Shown: positions 36,926 to 51,439 of the stretch, piece by piece
How positions within the stretch are numbered: the first letter of the stretch is position 1
Layout: every line of letters starts with the position of its first letter
Origin: Octopus bimaculoides
Taxonomy: Eukaryota
DNA length: 64,000 bases
Assembly (NCBI RefSeq): GCF_001194135.2
Contig: NC_068984.1
Coordinates: forward strand, 38,263,510-38,327,509
Direction: 5' to 3'
The notes under the pieces: generated by a model
The model's input: only the letters and a program-made list of their open reading frames with translations
What the model was told of the DNA's origin: nothing
Databases searched by the model: none
Program-made: the position numbers and the translations under genes

Positions 36926-39900
36926 TGGGAACCAGTGATTTGGAATGTGTAAGTAAATGGCTTTATTGTGATGATTGTGATAATGATGACAAAACATCCA
37001 TCGCTTAATGTTCCTATGACCATTCATAGCTTATTTTATTTTCTCTCAGCTCGATGTATCTGTATTTTGATCTTTCATCATGAATAGATTTGTTGCCACT
37101 AGCTTTCTGTTATGGGAGGAATCTAGAACAAGTAATTCCCATGTTGCACGAAATTTCATATCTTTCTTGCATTTAACATAAACATTGGATGTAAATGAAT
37201 ACTTTATTTTTATATACTGACTACCTCCCAATATATGCACACATACTCATATACACTCATACACAGAGGTTCTTATACATATACATAGAGATATGGGAGA
37301 AAAGATTATAAAATGAATGTTGATATAAAATCAAAATTGTTTAAGATTTGTTTTTAATTGCAAATCTGTAACATTTTTGGTAGTTCTTAATACTGAAACT
37401 GGTTTAGTTTCTATCTAGATTTCTTCTTATATGAAAGGAATTATTTGTAAATTCTAGAAGAATCTATGAGCTCTGAACAACACTTTTCACATATGATCTT
37501 ATATATATATATATGTATATTCTTGGTTGAATTTTAATTTTTTTACTGAAATGGAGAACTGTCTATAACCATTTATTGGCCCTATGAGATTAAGGTATTG
37601 AAATAACTGCAAAATTAGTGCAGCTCATGTTTGCTTTTCAATTATTGCCAGCTTGTATGGGAGTGGAGGAATTCTAGTGTGTTTGTATGACTTCAGGAGG
37701 AGAATATACGTTGTGACTGAGAAGCTAACAGACACCATGAGACACAGTGAGAGTAATGGGTAGATTTTAGGTAAAGGCATTGAAATAATATATGTATGTA
37801 TATGTAAAATCATCCATTGATTTTGGTATATGAGCATCCAACTGTTAGATGAACTTGATAACCTACTCATTGAATTAACATGCAAAGTGACTGAGTATTT
37901 CACAAATGTGATTCAAGGAGAATCAGCGTGACACATGTAATAAAGCTGGACTTTTGAATTACTAGTACATTCCATCTGATGGGCTTTTATACAGTTTCCT
38001 CTATACTCAGCTCCATTCACAAGGCTCAGGTTGATATGAAGTTATGGTAAAAACTCTTGCCCCAGATGCCATGCACACACACACATACAAAGTGCAGGTG
38101 TATTGAACGGCTATGAAAGGCATTTTCATAGCTTTTCTAACATGCATTTTATTTCTTCAAAGAGGGGCACTGTCTGAAGCATCAAAACTTACCTCTCTTT
38201 AAGGAACAAGGTATAGAAACTAATCTTAATTGATAAATTTTGATAATTGTTTTCTTTACTTTTGTCAAGGCTAATCATCGCTAGCTTCCTCAGACTTCGC
38301 CTTTTCTCCCTTATAAATTAAAATACCATGGCATATCTAGCTTCATACTCTTACGCACACACAAACACATGCATGCATGCTCTCCCTCTCTCTCTTTCTG
38401 TCTCTCTCTCTTACACACAATGAATACATGTGCAATTAAACACATAAAATATTGTCAGGCTGCCTTAAATATCCATAACAATGGAACTTCTTCACCTGCA
38501 CTCATCAAATGGTGGCCTTTAATACCGTCCTGCATTTTCAGCTCACTTGCACTTAGCCTTTCATGTAACTTAATACTCATCTCATTTCTTTTCAACCTCT
38601 TAGCTCTTTTGTACCCAAAGTCCATATCTCACTATCATCTAGTGTTAAACATCTTATACATCACACAATCTTTCTAACACAAAAATGTTTTTCATGGAGA
38701 ACCAGAGCAAGGTTGCTATTTTGCTCCTGGTCAGCCTTATTGAGCAGACTGTAACCATGTAGGTTGTCAGTCAAAAAACTAGATGCAATCAACAGATGCG
38801 TTGCTTCAAACATACTATTTTGAAGATCGTGGGGTGCAAGTAGTAGTTCAGATGTTTTTTCCCCCCTCCTTTCTAACATCCAGTCTTGTTTAACTCTCAT
38901 TACCAAGTAACCTCTAGACAGTTTGACTCATGGCCACATGTGTCCAAAATTTCATAATTCAAAGTATTCTTAAGGAAGATTTGATTGCTATTTCCTGGAG
39001 GTTTTGCTATTTCTGTCTTGATGCTGTCTTGGCTCATGGTGATCATAGCAGAAGTAGGCAACAAGGATTTGGTTGTTGCATTACAGTTGTTGCTCTTCTA
39101 TACATATCATTAGCAGCGTTCAATCTAGCATGATATTTAGAACTAATGTGGTTATAGCTGCTACTGCTGTGGTTGTTTTGTTTGAGTGTTTGTTTATGTT
39201 AACCTGGATTGAGTGGGAGGGATGATGTAGTAGTGTTATGGATATTTAGTGAGCAGCAATCGTACATGTTGTAACAGGGATTGTGTGGGAACTTGGTGTT
39301 GTTTAACCTTCCAGACTGCCCTGTCCAAGCTAATCCATGATTAAGAGTGTTCCAACTGTCACTGTGGAGTCTTTTTGTGTCTAGATATATTGCATTTAGG
39401 ACTGTTATCCAATATGCCTTGAAGTGAATACTGGATAGAAGATACTCCATCTACTAAACACGGTGTTATCTTTGTTTCTGATATGATTATGTTACTCTGG
39501 AAATCACTCTTCTGTCAGGTCTGTGAAATATTTAAAAACAGATATTTTATTGTATGCTATAAACCAATTGGGTTAGAATCTTTCAGTGTGTGTGTGTGTG
39601 TGTGTGTAAATAAATAAAAAGATGTTTATAAACAAACAGATGTTATTTAGATAATTCAAATTATTCATGCCTGTAATGCCTAAACAGAAAGAAAAATACT
39701 AAAAGACTTGTTTGTTTGCATGACATATCTCCGTGGGCATGGGAAGACATCAATCTCATAGCATCAGTTTTATGCAGTTATTGTTGGGTCACTGTTATGT
39801 TTACTGGCAGCTCTCATATGTAAACATAAACCTATGAAGAACTCTATATTTCTCTACTGAAATCTTGTATAAAGCATCTTTAGTCTTTGAGGGCATATGA

Positions 39901-40179
39901 AGGCCTCCAGTTCAAATTATATATATAATATGATATATTTTACTGTTCAATTTATACACACCCCCAACCTGTCCAACAGTTAGCAAGTACAACACCGTTT
40001 ATGTTTTGAAAATAAGTTACCCAATCAAATTCAAATGCTAAATTAGTTTATATCAAATCATATATTATGCGTACCATCACAATTTTATTCCTGTCTTGGT
40101 TACAACTAACCAATGAATGGGAATGTGAAACTCTGAGTCACAGTTTTTTTGTTATGTTTTTGTAGCTTTAATAAAAAAA

Positions 40180-40236
<57 letters not shown>

Positions 40237-40393
40237 TTACCATCATCGTTTAATGTCTGTCTTCAATGAAGTGAAATAGCAAACTGAAACACACTGCATA
40301 TGTATAAATGTGTGTGTGTAAGGTAGTTGGCCATATATTTAAGAGAGTGAAAGCAAGAGTCTCTGTATCCGGATGTGTTAATCTGCAAAGAGA

Positions 40394-40406
<13 letters not shown>

Positions 40407-40428
<22 letters not shown>

Positions 40429-40600
40429 GCTGTTTAACCTAAAATCATCTCTGATTTAGCAGATTTATGATCAAAGGTGTTCTAGTTCTGACTATCAGTG
40501 ACATTTCGTAACGTGTCTTTTACCTTCACTTAAGATAGTAGGATATGGCCATGGTGATTTTGCTATTTCTGGCAGGTTGAGAGACCATATAGAAGCTATC
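40407..40600 (+). repeat. Unclassified dispersed repeat family (other copies ~40960-41120, 43950-44150, 48990-49090, 51960-52140, and 59830-60050 reversed)
   Basis: Shared motifs tgatcaaagg and tgtgatttgag(g)gagatttgg..ctatttctagcagg among the copies. Confidence 0.55.
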
Positions 40601-43339
40601 TTTGTGTGATATGCAGTTATTTTGCTCAATATGGAAAGTATTTAGGATTCAGCATACATCCACATGGAAAGTGGGGTATAAAGTCAGTCAAAAGGCAGCA
40701 ATTAATCTTAAAGGGAACAGTTTGACAGGTAAATTGTGTTTGTTAAAAAGACAGTCATCCCGTGAAAGTAGTTATCAGTTTCCATGATGTTTGTCAGTTT
40801 TCACTAGTGTTGGTGGCATCTTGGCTAGAGTGCTGTGAGATTAATTTGTATCTTTGTTATAAACTGTTATCCATTTGGGTAAAGTACTGAACTTATTTGG
40901 AGGTGTTAGGACAGTTGAATAGGGGTGAAAGAGAGAAGGGTATTTGAGTTGTAGCTATTGTTGTTATTTAGCCTATGATCAACACTGATCAAGCAGACCT
41001 CTGATCAAAGGCATTCACCAACCATAACTATCCTGTCCCCACCACCCTTTTATTGTTTCAAGCTGTGTATTTCAGACTTGGTATGATTTGAGAGAGACCT
41101 ATGTGCTGTTTCTGAGGGACTGAGTTGAAGCTCCATTGTTGATTTGATCTAGTAGTTACTGGAAACCTGTTGCTTTAGTGCTTTATATATAGCACCACAT
41201 GTAAATTCTCTTCAATAACAGTGACCTATGTATATGTTTTTCCTGAAATTGCTTGGTTAATCTCTCTCTCTCTTTATACATACATATGCATATATGTACA
41301 TAATCATATACATAAGAATACATGCACACCAGTGATATGGGCTGTATATGGAAATTTGAGCATGTTTCTTTCAGTTTGCTGCTTATCCTATTTTCATATT
41401 TCTGTTAGTCTGAGTAAAGATTACAGCTGAAGTGAGTAACATGATTCGAATTGATGTGTCATGGTCTTAATTTCTTGGCATTTATCAGAAACAGAAGCAT
41501 AAATCCAGCTTAGAATCTGGATCAAGGAAGGGAATCAATTCAGTAATATTGTGAACTTTCAGTTGCCTAGAGGAGAAAAAAATCCAAATAAGAAATTTAG
41601 TTAGGAATGAGATAAATCTTGAAGTAACTGAAAGGAGGTGATTGGCAATAAAGCCATCTGTCATCCAAGGCACCACTTTCCTGCCGTAAACTGCAGGCGT
41701 AACTCTTTATCTCTAAAGCAGGGCCATTCTGGAATTTTATTTCTATTTTTGTATTCATATCAACTCTTACCTACCAACTCTCTGGACTACACTACTGTTA
41801 TCTCATCCAACACAAACAAACACACACACACACACACACCTCTATATATAAAAAAAGCTTTGTGAGCAATATATATATATATATATATATATATTGTTAT
41901 TTCTAATTTGTTTAATGATTTAAAAAAAGGATATTTAATTTTACAGACTCACACGAAGCCTTGATCATATTTCTACTTTTAATGTATTTAGCCAGAAAAT
42001 AGATATGAACATTACTTTATAGTAATAGAATGCTTATCATTAGAATTAGCTTTTATACACACAGCTTGTTCCACAAGTGTCTTAAGTTGCAAACATCATT
42101 ACATCCAAATAGTAAGTTCTGTGTGTTATTGTGGTAGTGTTTGGAAGTGTTGCTGATATGCTTAGGTATTTGCGAGTGACCAGTCTTATGTATTTATCAG
42201 AATTGGAGAGATTCTTGTAGATTGATGCATCATGATAACAGCTGATTAGTGCACCAGTTAACACTACCTCAGTACACTAGCAAATTAATTAGCCTTTTCT
42301 GTTCTTTGAAAACTAATCAGCCATTTCAACATAGGTGTGATTTCTACTTATAAGCAAATATTTATTGTTTTCATGCTAGCCATGAATAAAGACTAAATAA
42401 AATCAAATAGGAAAAATTCATTTCCTTTTGTTTTCTTTGTAATTATCTGTTCTGTTTCAACAATTATAGCTACCCTCATTTTCTTCCTATGCAATCACAT
42501 TTAATTACTTATAACAGTGACTAGTATGGTATAGTGATTTGACTTAAGTGTGGAAAAGGTAGTTGTAGAGAACTGTGCATAGGAGTTGAGTAAAAAATCT
42601 TGATATCAAGCTTTTCGTCCAACTAGAAAAAAAAAAACTGAAGAGGTAAAAAGGCAGATTTTATAGTTTTTGGTAGCAAAGAGGCTTCTTTATATGTATA
42701 AAAGGTAAATTATATGAAGCATATATATAATTTACTCTTATACATCAGAATACATAAGAAGAATGATACTATATGGTAGTGAAATACAGACAGTAAAATG
42801 ATCCATGGCAATTGGAAAAAGAATGGTTTATTGGTTGGGAATTATTAATTGAACATAATTGGAGAGTGGCCAAATAAGGTTTTATACCCCCCCCCCACAC
42901 AGACACACACACATGCACAAACACACACACTTTTCTTTTCTTTTGACAAAATAATCAACTTTCTAAAACTGACTCAATGATGAATTTAATCAAACTCAAA
43001 TTGCCAGATACTAAAAAATAAACAATCATATTTCATTGTTAAGCTTTGCAATTATGATGTTTTGGCAGATTATCATTCTAATTTCAAATCTATATCTAAT
43101 ATGAAGTTAGTCCCATAAAGTCAATAATTCAGTTGCCTGAAATACACTAGTATAAAGGTCAAAATAGAAATCCTATCTTTTGTGTAGATCATTTTTGTCT
43201 GGTTTCTGCACATGAAGGCGATGCTTCAACATGGTCTTTGCTGTGATGGCTAGAACAAACTAAATAACTTGACTGTAATTGAATGGGACCATCCAATAAC
43301 AACACTTTAAAATAGTTCATTGCTAGTAATTACTTTATC

Positions 43340-43565
43340 AACACCAGAAATATTGGTTTCAAATGTTGGCACAAGGCCAGCAATTTCAGAGGAAGAGATA
43401 AGTTGACTTCTTCAGTTCCAGTGCTCATCTGGTACTTATTTTATCAACCCTGAAAGGATGAAAAGCAAATTCAACCTCGGTGGAATTTGATCTCAGAACG
43501 TAAAGACAAACGAAATGCTGCTAGGTATTTTGCCCAGCATGCTAATGATGCTGCTAGCTTGCCAT
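43340..43565 (-). mobile_element. tRNA-derived SINE, same family as 8911-9570
   Basis: Reverse complement carries the head, ctttcatcctttcagggttgataaaataagtaccag core and tail. Further diverged copies cluster at ~53260-53400, 54560-55240, 55570-55770 and 63220-63440. Confidence 0.75.
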
Positions 43566-44807
43566 CTATCCAGAAATATTAACAACAAAGTTGATTCTAA
43601 TGACTTCAACTTAGTAGGGTAATAACCTCATTACAGTATTAGCTAAACTTTAAGTCTTGCCTCTGTCACCTTTAGCTTTTGTCCTTCTGAAGTTGCCATT
43701 CTAGAGGTTTGATTCAATGAATTATATGCCTGTGACTTTGTCATAAGAATTTAACATTTCAAAATGATATAAACTTATAATTTTGTTGTTTTCAGTTAGC
43801 AATTGGATACAAGTGGTTAGCATTAGGGCAAGAATAATACTTGAGTTCTTTGTGCCAGTTTCACCAATGATGCTGTAAATTGTTGATTTTCTGAAGTAAA
43901 AGTTTTAGGAACCTACAGGATTGCTTCTAGCTGTCTTCTGCAACATTTTTTGTTGTTGTTGCTCTGTCAGGTCAAGTCTGTGATCAAAGGTCGTTTAAGT
44001 CATGACAATTGCCTTTTCTATTATTTTTTTGTTTTTTTTCAGTGAGTCTCGGAATACATTATCCCAAGTGTTCATGCTCTTTCAAAATAATAATGTTTGA
44101 TTTTTGAGGGAGATTTGAATATCATTTCTAGCAAGTTAAATAGTCTTTTTCAGACTATTTCATAATGTTATATCAAATATTATCACAATTTGGTATCCTA
44201 AATTTTAAAAATATTCATACCAGTGTAAGATCCAAGCAAATTTGCTTATTCACTGTAAACTAAGAAGCATTATTTATATGACTACACAGCATCATGGCAA
44301 AGGAATTAAATGAACTCTAAGAAAGGTTTTTTATAAAATATGTAACTGCAGTCAGTTTGATGTCTCTCTTTGCTGCCAAGATTCCAGTTTGTAATCCCCA
44401 GTGTTTTGTCCTACAGTAACACTGTTCTAAATATGCAAATACACTTCCGTTTAAAAAATATTTTAATGTCTTATTTTATCAAATTGATCTGGAGAAGAGG
44501 GCAGTGCTCATGTATGCCTTCACAGGATTAAATCTGTCCTCTCACTGAGATGGTAGATTCAACATAGTTAATGTTCCACTTGAGCAATTAGAAGCCAACA
44601 TCTACTTAAAGAGAATTTCAGAGGGCTATTACAATATCCTGGGATAGAATAAGTGGGTGGACATGGAAGAGAGAGAGAAAAAAAATGAGTGATTTTGCAG
44701 AGGTGACATGAAACCAGCTAGTTACAAGGAGTTGTAATAGTACATTATTATGTTATATATGTATGTGTGTAAAATATTTCTTATATTTTCTCTATTCTTA
44801 TCTATAG

Positions 44808-44888
44808 GTGTTGCAAAACCTTGGAAAAGCTGCACGGACCACAGATCAAACATTTGATGAATATGTGAGCAATTTCAACAAGCAGCAG
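44808..44888 (+). CDS. Amph: Amphiphysin/BIN1-like protein, coding exon 2 (81 nt, start of BAR helix 1)
   Basis: ttttctctattcttatctatag|GTGTTG...CAGCAG|gtaaaa. Translates VLQNLGKAARTTDQTFDEYVSNFNKQQ, matching recalled Drosophila Amph ILQNLGKVDRTADEIFDDHLNNFNRQQ and human BIN1 [27 protein letters not shown]. Confidence 0.93.
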
Positions 44889-45000
44889 GTAAAATATTTG
44901 ATAAATATTTGAATAATGATGATGGGAAAGATGTGTGTGTAGAGAGAGAGAGAGAGAAAGCTGCACTCTTTGATAGGTGAGTAAAGTCTCCACACTCATT

Positions 45001-45780
45001 AAGATGGCTGTATGGTTGAGAAGTTTGCTTCCTAGCCATATAGTTTCAGGTTCAGTCCCTCTGCATGACACCTTGGGCGAGTGTCTTCTATTGCAGCCTT
45101 GCATAAACTAAAGTCTTGTGAGTTGATTCACTTGATGGAAACTGAAAGAAGCTTGTTGCATATACGTGTGTGTGTGTCTCCTTGTCTTGACATCACATGA
45201 TAGTTGTAAATAAATGTCACTGCTATACAGGTGTGGTGTCATTCATTGCCAGTATTCTGCGAAAACCTGTCTGGGGTAACATTACTTTGCATGGAAACAG
45301 GTGTGGGTTGGTGACAGGAAGGGCATCCAGCTGTAGAAAGACTGCATCAATGAATTCTACCTGACATATGCAAGCACGGAAAAGTGGATATTAAAATGAT
45401 GATGGGTGTGTAAGAGGTGTAGGTGTGGTCCTTTGTGATAAGAAGCTTGCCAACCACATGGTTCTGGATTGAGTCCCACTGCATGGTACCTTGGGCAAGT
45501 GTCTTCTACTATAGCTTCAGGCTGACCAAAGCCTTTTGAGTGAATATGGTAGACAGAAACTGAATGAAGCCTGCCATATATGATATGTGTGTGTGTGTGT
45601 GTGTGTGTATGCATGTGTCTTTGTGTTTGTCCCCCATCACTGTTTGACAACCAGTGTTTGTTTGTTTATGTCCCTGTAACTTAGCAAATCACTAGGGTTG
45701 ATTCATTTGACTAAAATCCTTCAAGGCAGTGCCCTAGAATTGCTGTGGTCCAATGACTGAAACAACTAAAAGATAAAAGC
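45001..45780 (+). mobile_element. Two adjacent CORE-like SINEs: type B (45001-45403) then type A (~45413-45780)
   Basis: Both have the ggttcagtccc/gagtcccactgc...ccttgggc(g/a)agtgtcttcta head; bodies match the type B and type A copies elsewhere. Confidence 0.75.
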
Positions 45781-48700
45781 TATAAACATACATACGTACA
45801 TATATAGTGTAAGAGAAAATTCAATATTGGATGTCGATCTATAAAACTTAACTAAATTCTTTAGATCAGAGCTCTTTCTATCTAAGTTTCTGATCTAAAA
45901 AGGTTTAAGATATGATTATATTTTAACTTAAGAATACATTCAGAGTTATATCAGATACTACTCTTTCCACAACACTAGTTATGGAATAATGTATTAGGAT
46001 TAGAATAAATAAAATAGAAGTATTAATATAATGCTTTTTGCTTATTGTGTTCATGTTGCCGTTGTTTTGCTTTTAATCTGGAAATTCTTGTGTTTGTTTT
46101 AGATTATATTATTGTTATTATTTTGGTATTGTTGTTATTGCTGTTGTAGATTTGTAGCTTTGAGCTTATCTATTAGATGATGCTGTGATGCTTTCTTACA
46201 ATGAGGGGGAAAGTATCCACAGCAGCTGAAGTGGAACAAATGATATTATATATACTGAGTTGCTCAAAGTGAAAGGTACCTGTGGTTATGAGAGACCAAG
46301 TAAGACTTGGGATGAGACAGTGAAAAATGGTCTCAAGATGTTACATCTGATGAAAGAGATGAGTGAAGACCATGTTATTTGGTGATGTGTGATGTCACAT
46401 AAGAGCTGATTTTTCTTGCAGGCTTAGTGCACATACCCCTCTCTTGCCTATTGTTTTTTTGTGTGCATGCATCCCCCCACAGACCTATTTTCCATTCTAT
46501 ACCTTCAAATCCCATTACCATCTTTTTTCCTAACAACTGTTGCCTAATCTGTATCCTCTAGTCTCCTTTACACATTGTGCCTCAACACTTATATTCATAT
46601 TAATATTTTTCTTTCTCTTTCATAAAGTTGAAGTTTTTAAGCGATTAAAATTAACCATAAAACTGTTTTTGAAGGGTTTAGCAAACAACACAAAGAAGGT
46701 CTAAGAAATTTTGACTTTACCAAGACTTTGTTTTGATCAAATTCCCCTACAATTTTCAATTATAAAATAATTTTGTTTCCTGCAAGCTCATCTNNNNNNN
46801 NNNNNNNNNNNNNNNNNNNNNNNNNNNNNNNNNNNNNNNNNNNNNNNNNNNNNNNNNNNNNNNNNNNNNNNNNNNNNNNNNNNNNNNNNNNNNNNNNNNN
46901 NNNNNNNNNNNNNNNNNNNNNNNNNNNNNNNNNNNNNNNNNNNNNNNNNNNNNNNNNNNNNNNNNNNNNNNNNNNNNNATTCTTTCCATACTTGATCTTT
47001 CAGGTGTCAGATTTCTGCATTTCTCACATTCATCTTGAAAGAAATGTTGATCATATGTTGTTAATTCATATATTACATACAATATAAGAAGGAATTTTAG
47101 TTACCTGACTATATGATGTTTTACATTGTTGAACAATTGCATATAAAGTCAGATAGGATAAAAGTATGATTGAAAGTAGTCTTACTGGATGTCTGCCTGA
47201 AGTTGAATTTCCACACTAATTATAAGCACGTAACCAAAATATAATTTACCTTTGTTTCCAGTGCTCTGATCCATCAATTCTGTCAAAAATAGACAAGCTT
47301 ACACAGAAAAAAAGAAGTTGATGTAATATGGATATTTATAAAAAGGATGACATAAATAAAAATTAAAGCTTTATTTAACTCAAGATCACAAGTTAGACCG
47401 ACAACATAGTCTCTTGTTAAAAAAAAAAAAGACTTAAGATATTTAAAATGTACACTTCGCATTAACACCTTACCTGACTTTTATCTTTTTTAGAGATTGT
47501 AATTTTTATTATGTCTCCTTTCAATTTTATCAAGGCACAAATTTGGTATAGAAAATATTACAAAATAAATTTTGTTATTTATTTAAGACAGAACTATAAG
47601 CCTCTGAATGTTATAATACTTTTAATCTTGTAATGCTTAATTCATCAATATGCAGAAGAAAAAAAAGATTTTATTAGACTTTCAGATTATTTTAAGAGTA
47701 TGTTTGAAGTAAAAATTAAATTTTTTTTGCATATATTATATATGAATTATTCAAATGTCAACAGTTCTGCTGCAACAACCAGATATTATAATTGCTTGCA
47801 TCAATAATGTTGTTCAAATGCAAATAATCATTAGAGCTCATCCAAGCTTTCAATTTTGTTGTCTTTTTCCTATAATGGCGAAGTATTTGAGGTATCAAGA
47901 AATTTTAACAAAAGACAACTATTGTTCATCTGTTTAATGCCCTTTTTTAAAAAATATTTTCCATACTAGCATGGGTTAATAGAGGAGTTATCTGAGGCAA
48001 TATGTTACTACTGGATGCTCTTCTTGTCACCAACCTTTTCCTGTTCTAGTACAAATTCTATTTACTCTCTTCAGTTTCAAATGTGCTCAGTGGTCAGTCA
48101 TAATTAAGGAATGTCAATACCATCACTGTTTTGCTCCAACTCTCTCTCTCTCTCTCTCTTTCACTCACACACACACACACACACAGAGGTTTCCTGCAGT
48201 TTTTGTCTTTCAAGTTCACTTAAGGCATTCATCAGTCTGGAGCTGTATGAATAGATACCTATACAAGGTGCTGTGTGGTGGAATTGAACCTGATACCATG
48301 TGGTTCAAAGCAAACTTCTCAACCACACTGCTATGCCTGCATATATGGTTAAAAAATGACTCTAAGAGCAGCAAAAATTGTTTTGCTCTAATAATATTTA
48401 AATGAAGATTTCTAAATGAGTGCAAGTTAATCGTTTAAACACTATGCTAATTTTAATTAGTTTATTCAGAATAATGAAAAATAAGATTAAATGACTTCAT
48501 CATTTGTTTATCATGTGAAAGAATTTGATATATTGGTCCTATGTTCCCTCAAACTACAGATCAGTTTCAAGTTAAGTTTAATAGTACAAGTGGTGGTGGT
48601 GGTAGCAGTTTTTCTTAATCTTTTTTTTTTTTTAATAAGCTAATCACTTTTAGAGAAGCAGTTCCTGACATTGCAGGCTCTCTCTGACTGATGACACCGG

Positions 48701-49139
48701 TGCATCTGATGCCCACTTGAAAAGTTTGCAGATCAGTCTGGGTGGGAAGGGAGCTTACTTAATGCATGTAATATTAAAGGTATTCTAGCTCTGATCATCC
48801 TCTTTTTTTTTTTTGTTTTTTTTTTGCAGATAGTGTATTTTGAGTTACATTATCCAGTTATTATCTTTGTCTCTCTTCTGTTCTGTCTATCTCTCATCAA
48901 CCAAATAAACTGCTGTTTTAATAATTTATGTGAAAATTTTTAGCCATGATGATCTTGTCTTTAAAATAAAATTGTTTTTAGATGTTGTGTATCTAGGACT
49001 ACATTATTGAATTTATTTTGTTTTTAAAATAGTAGGCTGTGATTTGAAGATTTGCCTGTTATTTCTATCAGGTCAAGTGACCAGATATATGCTCCTTTGC
49101 TCTTGTACTAATTGGTTGCTGTCTCTGTTGGAGAGGATG

Positions 49140-49690
49140 AAAGTTCAGTGCCTTTCAACAAGGATCGCCAAAAAAGCTACGAAGATGTCTTAGCATCACT
49201 TAGCAAGGCCTATACCCACTGCCGACCAGCTGTCTACTTAAAGCTATATGTGGATATGGTATGTTCACACAGTTTGCATTGCTTGTCTGAAACCCTCATC
49301 TTGTCCAGAATATTGATCTGCTGGAAGATTAATCTGGTTACACATTTATGGGCATGCAACCAGATGATACCCTCTGTCAGTCACCATAATATATTGAACA
49401 TATTGTTTCTCTGGGTATCAATCGATACACTAAAGTTTCAACTTCATGCAGCAGATTTGATAGAAGCCCACAACATTATCCACCATCTTTCCAACAACTT
49501 TAGCCACTATTTTTTTTACTTCAGTATCTCTACCAACAACATAGCACCCATGACTTTCAGAAACACTCTTTCACCCTCACAATTGTTGAAGTATGGAATA
49601 AACTATCTTACCCACAACAATTGTTAGCTGTCGGGACACTGTATCTTCCAAATTTCTTACACTTCTCAAAATTTGCTAACACTACTTGCA
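49140..49690 (+). mobile_element. CR1-like LINE ORF2 3' end (degenerate)
   Basis: Frameshifted VLASLSKAY...VYLKLY, NPHLVQNIDLLE, AADLIEAHNIIHHL and QQHSTHDFQKHSFTLTIVEVWNKL match the CR1-type C-terminal FF..RV...WN.L motif. Confidence 0.7.
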
Positions 49691-50089
49691 ACGTGCCTAT
49701 GCACCGTTTACTCTTTAAGATTCACTTGACATTCTCTTTTCTATCTTTTGTGATTTATTGTGTACTGTGCATGTACTTCTAGTCTTCATTGTTGTTTTTC
49801 TTTACTTGACTTATATGTCTGCTTTCTGTCCCACTTTTAACCTTCTCTGACTAGTTGTAGTGCACCTGAGCATTGTATACAATGAGCTCATTATTATATT
49901 TTATAAGACAGTGTAGTACTAGCTTCCTAATAAAATCATTAAACTCTTCAGTTGAGAAGCATACTATTTATGTTATCATATAACTACAGTTTAGCTATAT
50001 CTTTCTTTACTTCAGTTTTCTCTTACCCCCACCACTCTCATTAACTAGATAAACTGCAGTTTTAATAAATTATGTGAAAATATTTAACC

Positions 50090-50435
50090 TTGAAAAGATC
50101 TCTTTCTCCTCCTTTTTCCTTTCATCTTTCTAACTTTTTCCTTCTTGTCTTTCTTTCCTTTTCTCTATCTTTTATTTTTATTTTCTCTCCTCCCCCTCTT
50201 TTCTCTTTCACTTTTTCTCTTTTCTCTTCTTTCATTCTTTCTCTTTTACCCCATGTATCTTTTCTTTCCTCTCTTTCCCTTTACATACTCTATCTTTCCT
50301 TTCTGTTTTTCTTTATTATGTTTTCTCTTTTATTACTTCCTCACTTTGTCATATTTCCCTCATTTCTGTTTGACTTTTTTTTTCCTTTTCACTTTCTTCT
50401 TTCTCTTTTTCTCCTCATATGTATACTCCCATTCC
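50090..50435. repeat. CT-rich low-complexity tract (others at ~56220-56540, 60850-61600, 63620-64000; AG-rich at 1-110)
   Basis: Base composition seen directly. Confidence 0.85.
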
Positions 50436-51439
50436 ACCCACCCTCTAACAGAAACAGAATAGAGAGACAAGCTCTTTAGTTATTGAAATTCAGGAAAAAT
50501 TCTATCAGTAGGATTAGCTATTTTGTTGGATGGAACATGTATATTTAAACAAATTTTTCCATCTATAAAGTAAATTTCAAATTCCTCTCACTACTATTGC
50601 TGATGTCATAAGAACAGAACATTTATAAATGAATGATCAGTTAGTTTATTCCACCACCCCTTTCATGTGTATTGCTTGAACACTGTTTGCCTCAGTCTAC
50701 CAAGATAATAACAGCTTTGGTAACTAACATGCCTGATTTTTAACAGTTTGCAAATAAATGTATGTAGTTGAAATCAGATGGAACATAAAATCAATATTAT
50801 TGTAAAAATATTTGGAAGAAAATTTCAAAACAACTAAAACCAATTGAATGAGGCAATTTATTATTTCTGAGTTCAAATACTGCTGTAGTCAAATTTTTAT
50901 CTTTTTTTTGTATCATTAAAAAGTAACAGTCAACTGTATTCTCCATAAAAATGTGTGATCTTGCATTTATTGTAGACATTATTATTATTATGAGAAGTCT
51001 TTCTTTGGTGTTTCATGCATGTTTCTGCTGCACCACCTGGTGCATCTCCATGTTCCTGAGATCTGTATGGCATTATTTTTCTGAGGATCGTGAGAGTACA
51101 GATTCTTCCTGTTGGTATATTGCACCAATTTTTGTTATGGGGTTCAGTTTCTTGTCTCATTAGTGTGTTTTGTTGTGTGTGGTATGTGCATTGTGAGTTG
51201 TTATTTTATTGGGCCTTAAATCCTGTATTTTTTTTTTGTAGGAGTTGTTTTAGGTTATTAGGTGTTTGTTGTATAGGGTGTGTATTGTGTGTGAAAATTG
51301 TAGATCAAGGACTATGTTGTCTAGTGCATCATTCTTTTATTCAAGAAATTAGAAAGTCAAGTGACCTTGTGGAGTCTCCATCATTAGCTCATTGGTGAAT
51401 ATTGAATGCAGTGGTGCTTACTTACTGGCTTGTATCTAA

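Larger units (their letters stand above)
3225..44807 (+). other. Intron 1 of the amphiphysin/BIN1-like gene (~41.6 kb, GT-AG, phase 0)
   Basis: gtaagt at 3225; pyrimidine tract plus tag ending at 44807. Spans four assembly gaps, so the length is approximate. Confidence 0.8.

Noticed and set aside
38640-39470. Short ORFs in sequence that looks like a decayed coding element
   Set aside because: I could not match any frame to a known family, so no call is made. The same applies to ~1590-2050 and ~8060-8640, which may be old LINE fragments.
47004-47087. Candidate exon 3 after the acceptor-like ttgatctttcag
   Set aside because: Phase-0 translation VSDFCISHIHLE has no BAR similarity and no suitable donor.
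49112-49627. 171-aa ORF as a host gene
   Set aside because: A mosaic of frameshifted CR1-like ORF2 C-terminal sequence.
50090-50479. Hydrophobic F/L/S-rich ORFs (also 56203-56457, 60762-61777) as membrane proteins
   Set aside because: They are translations of CT-rich low-complexity DNA.
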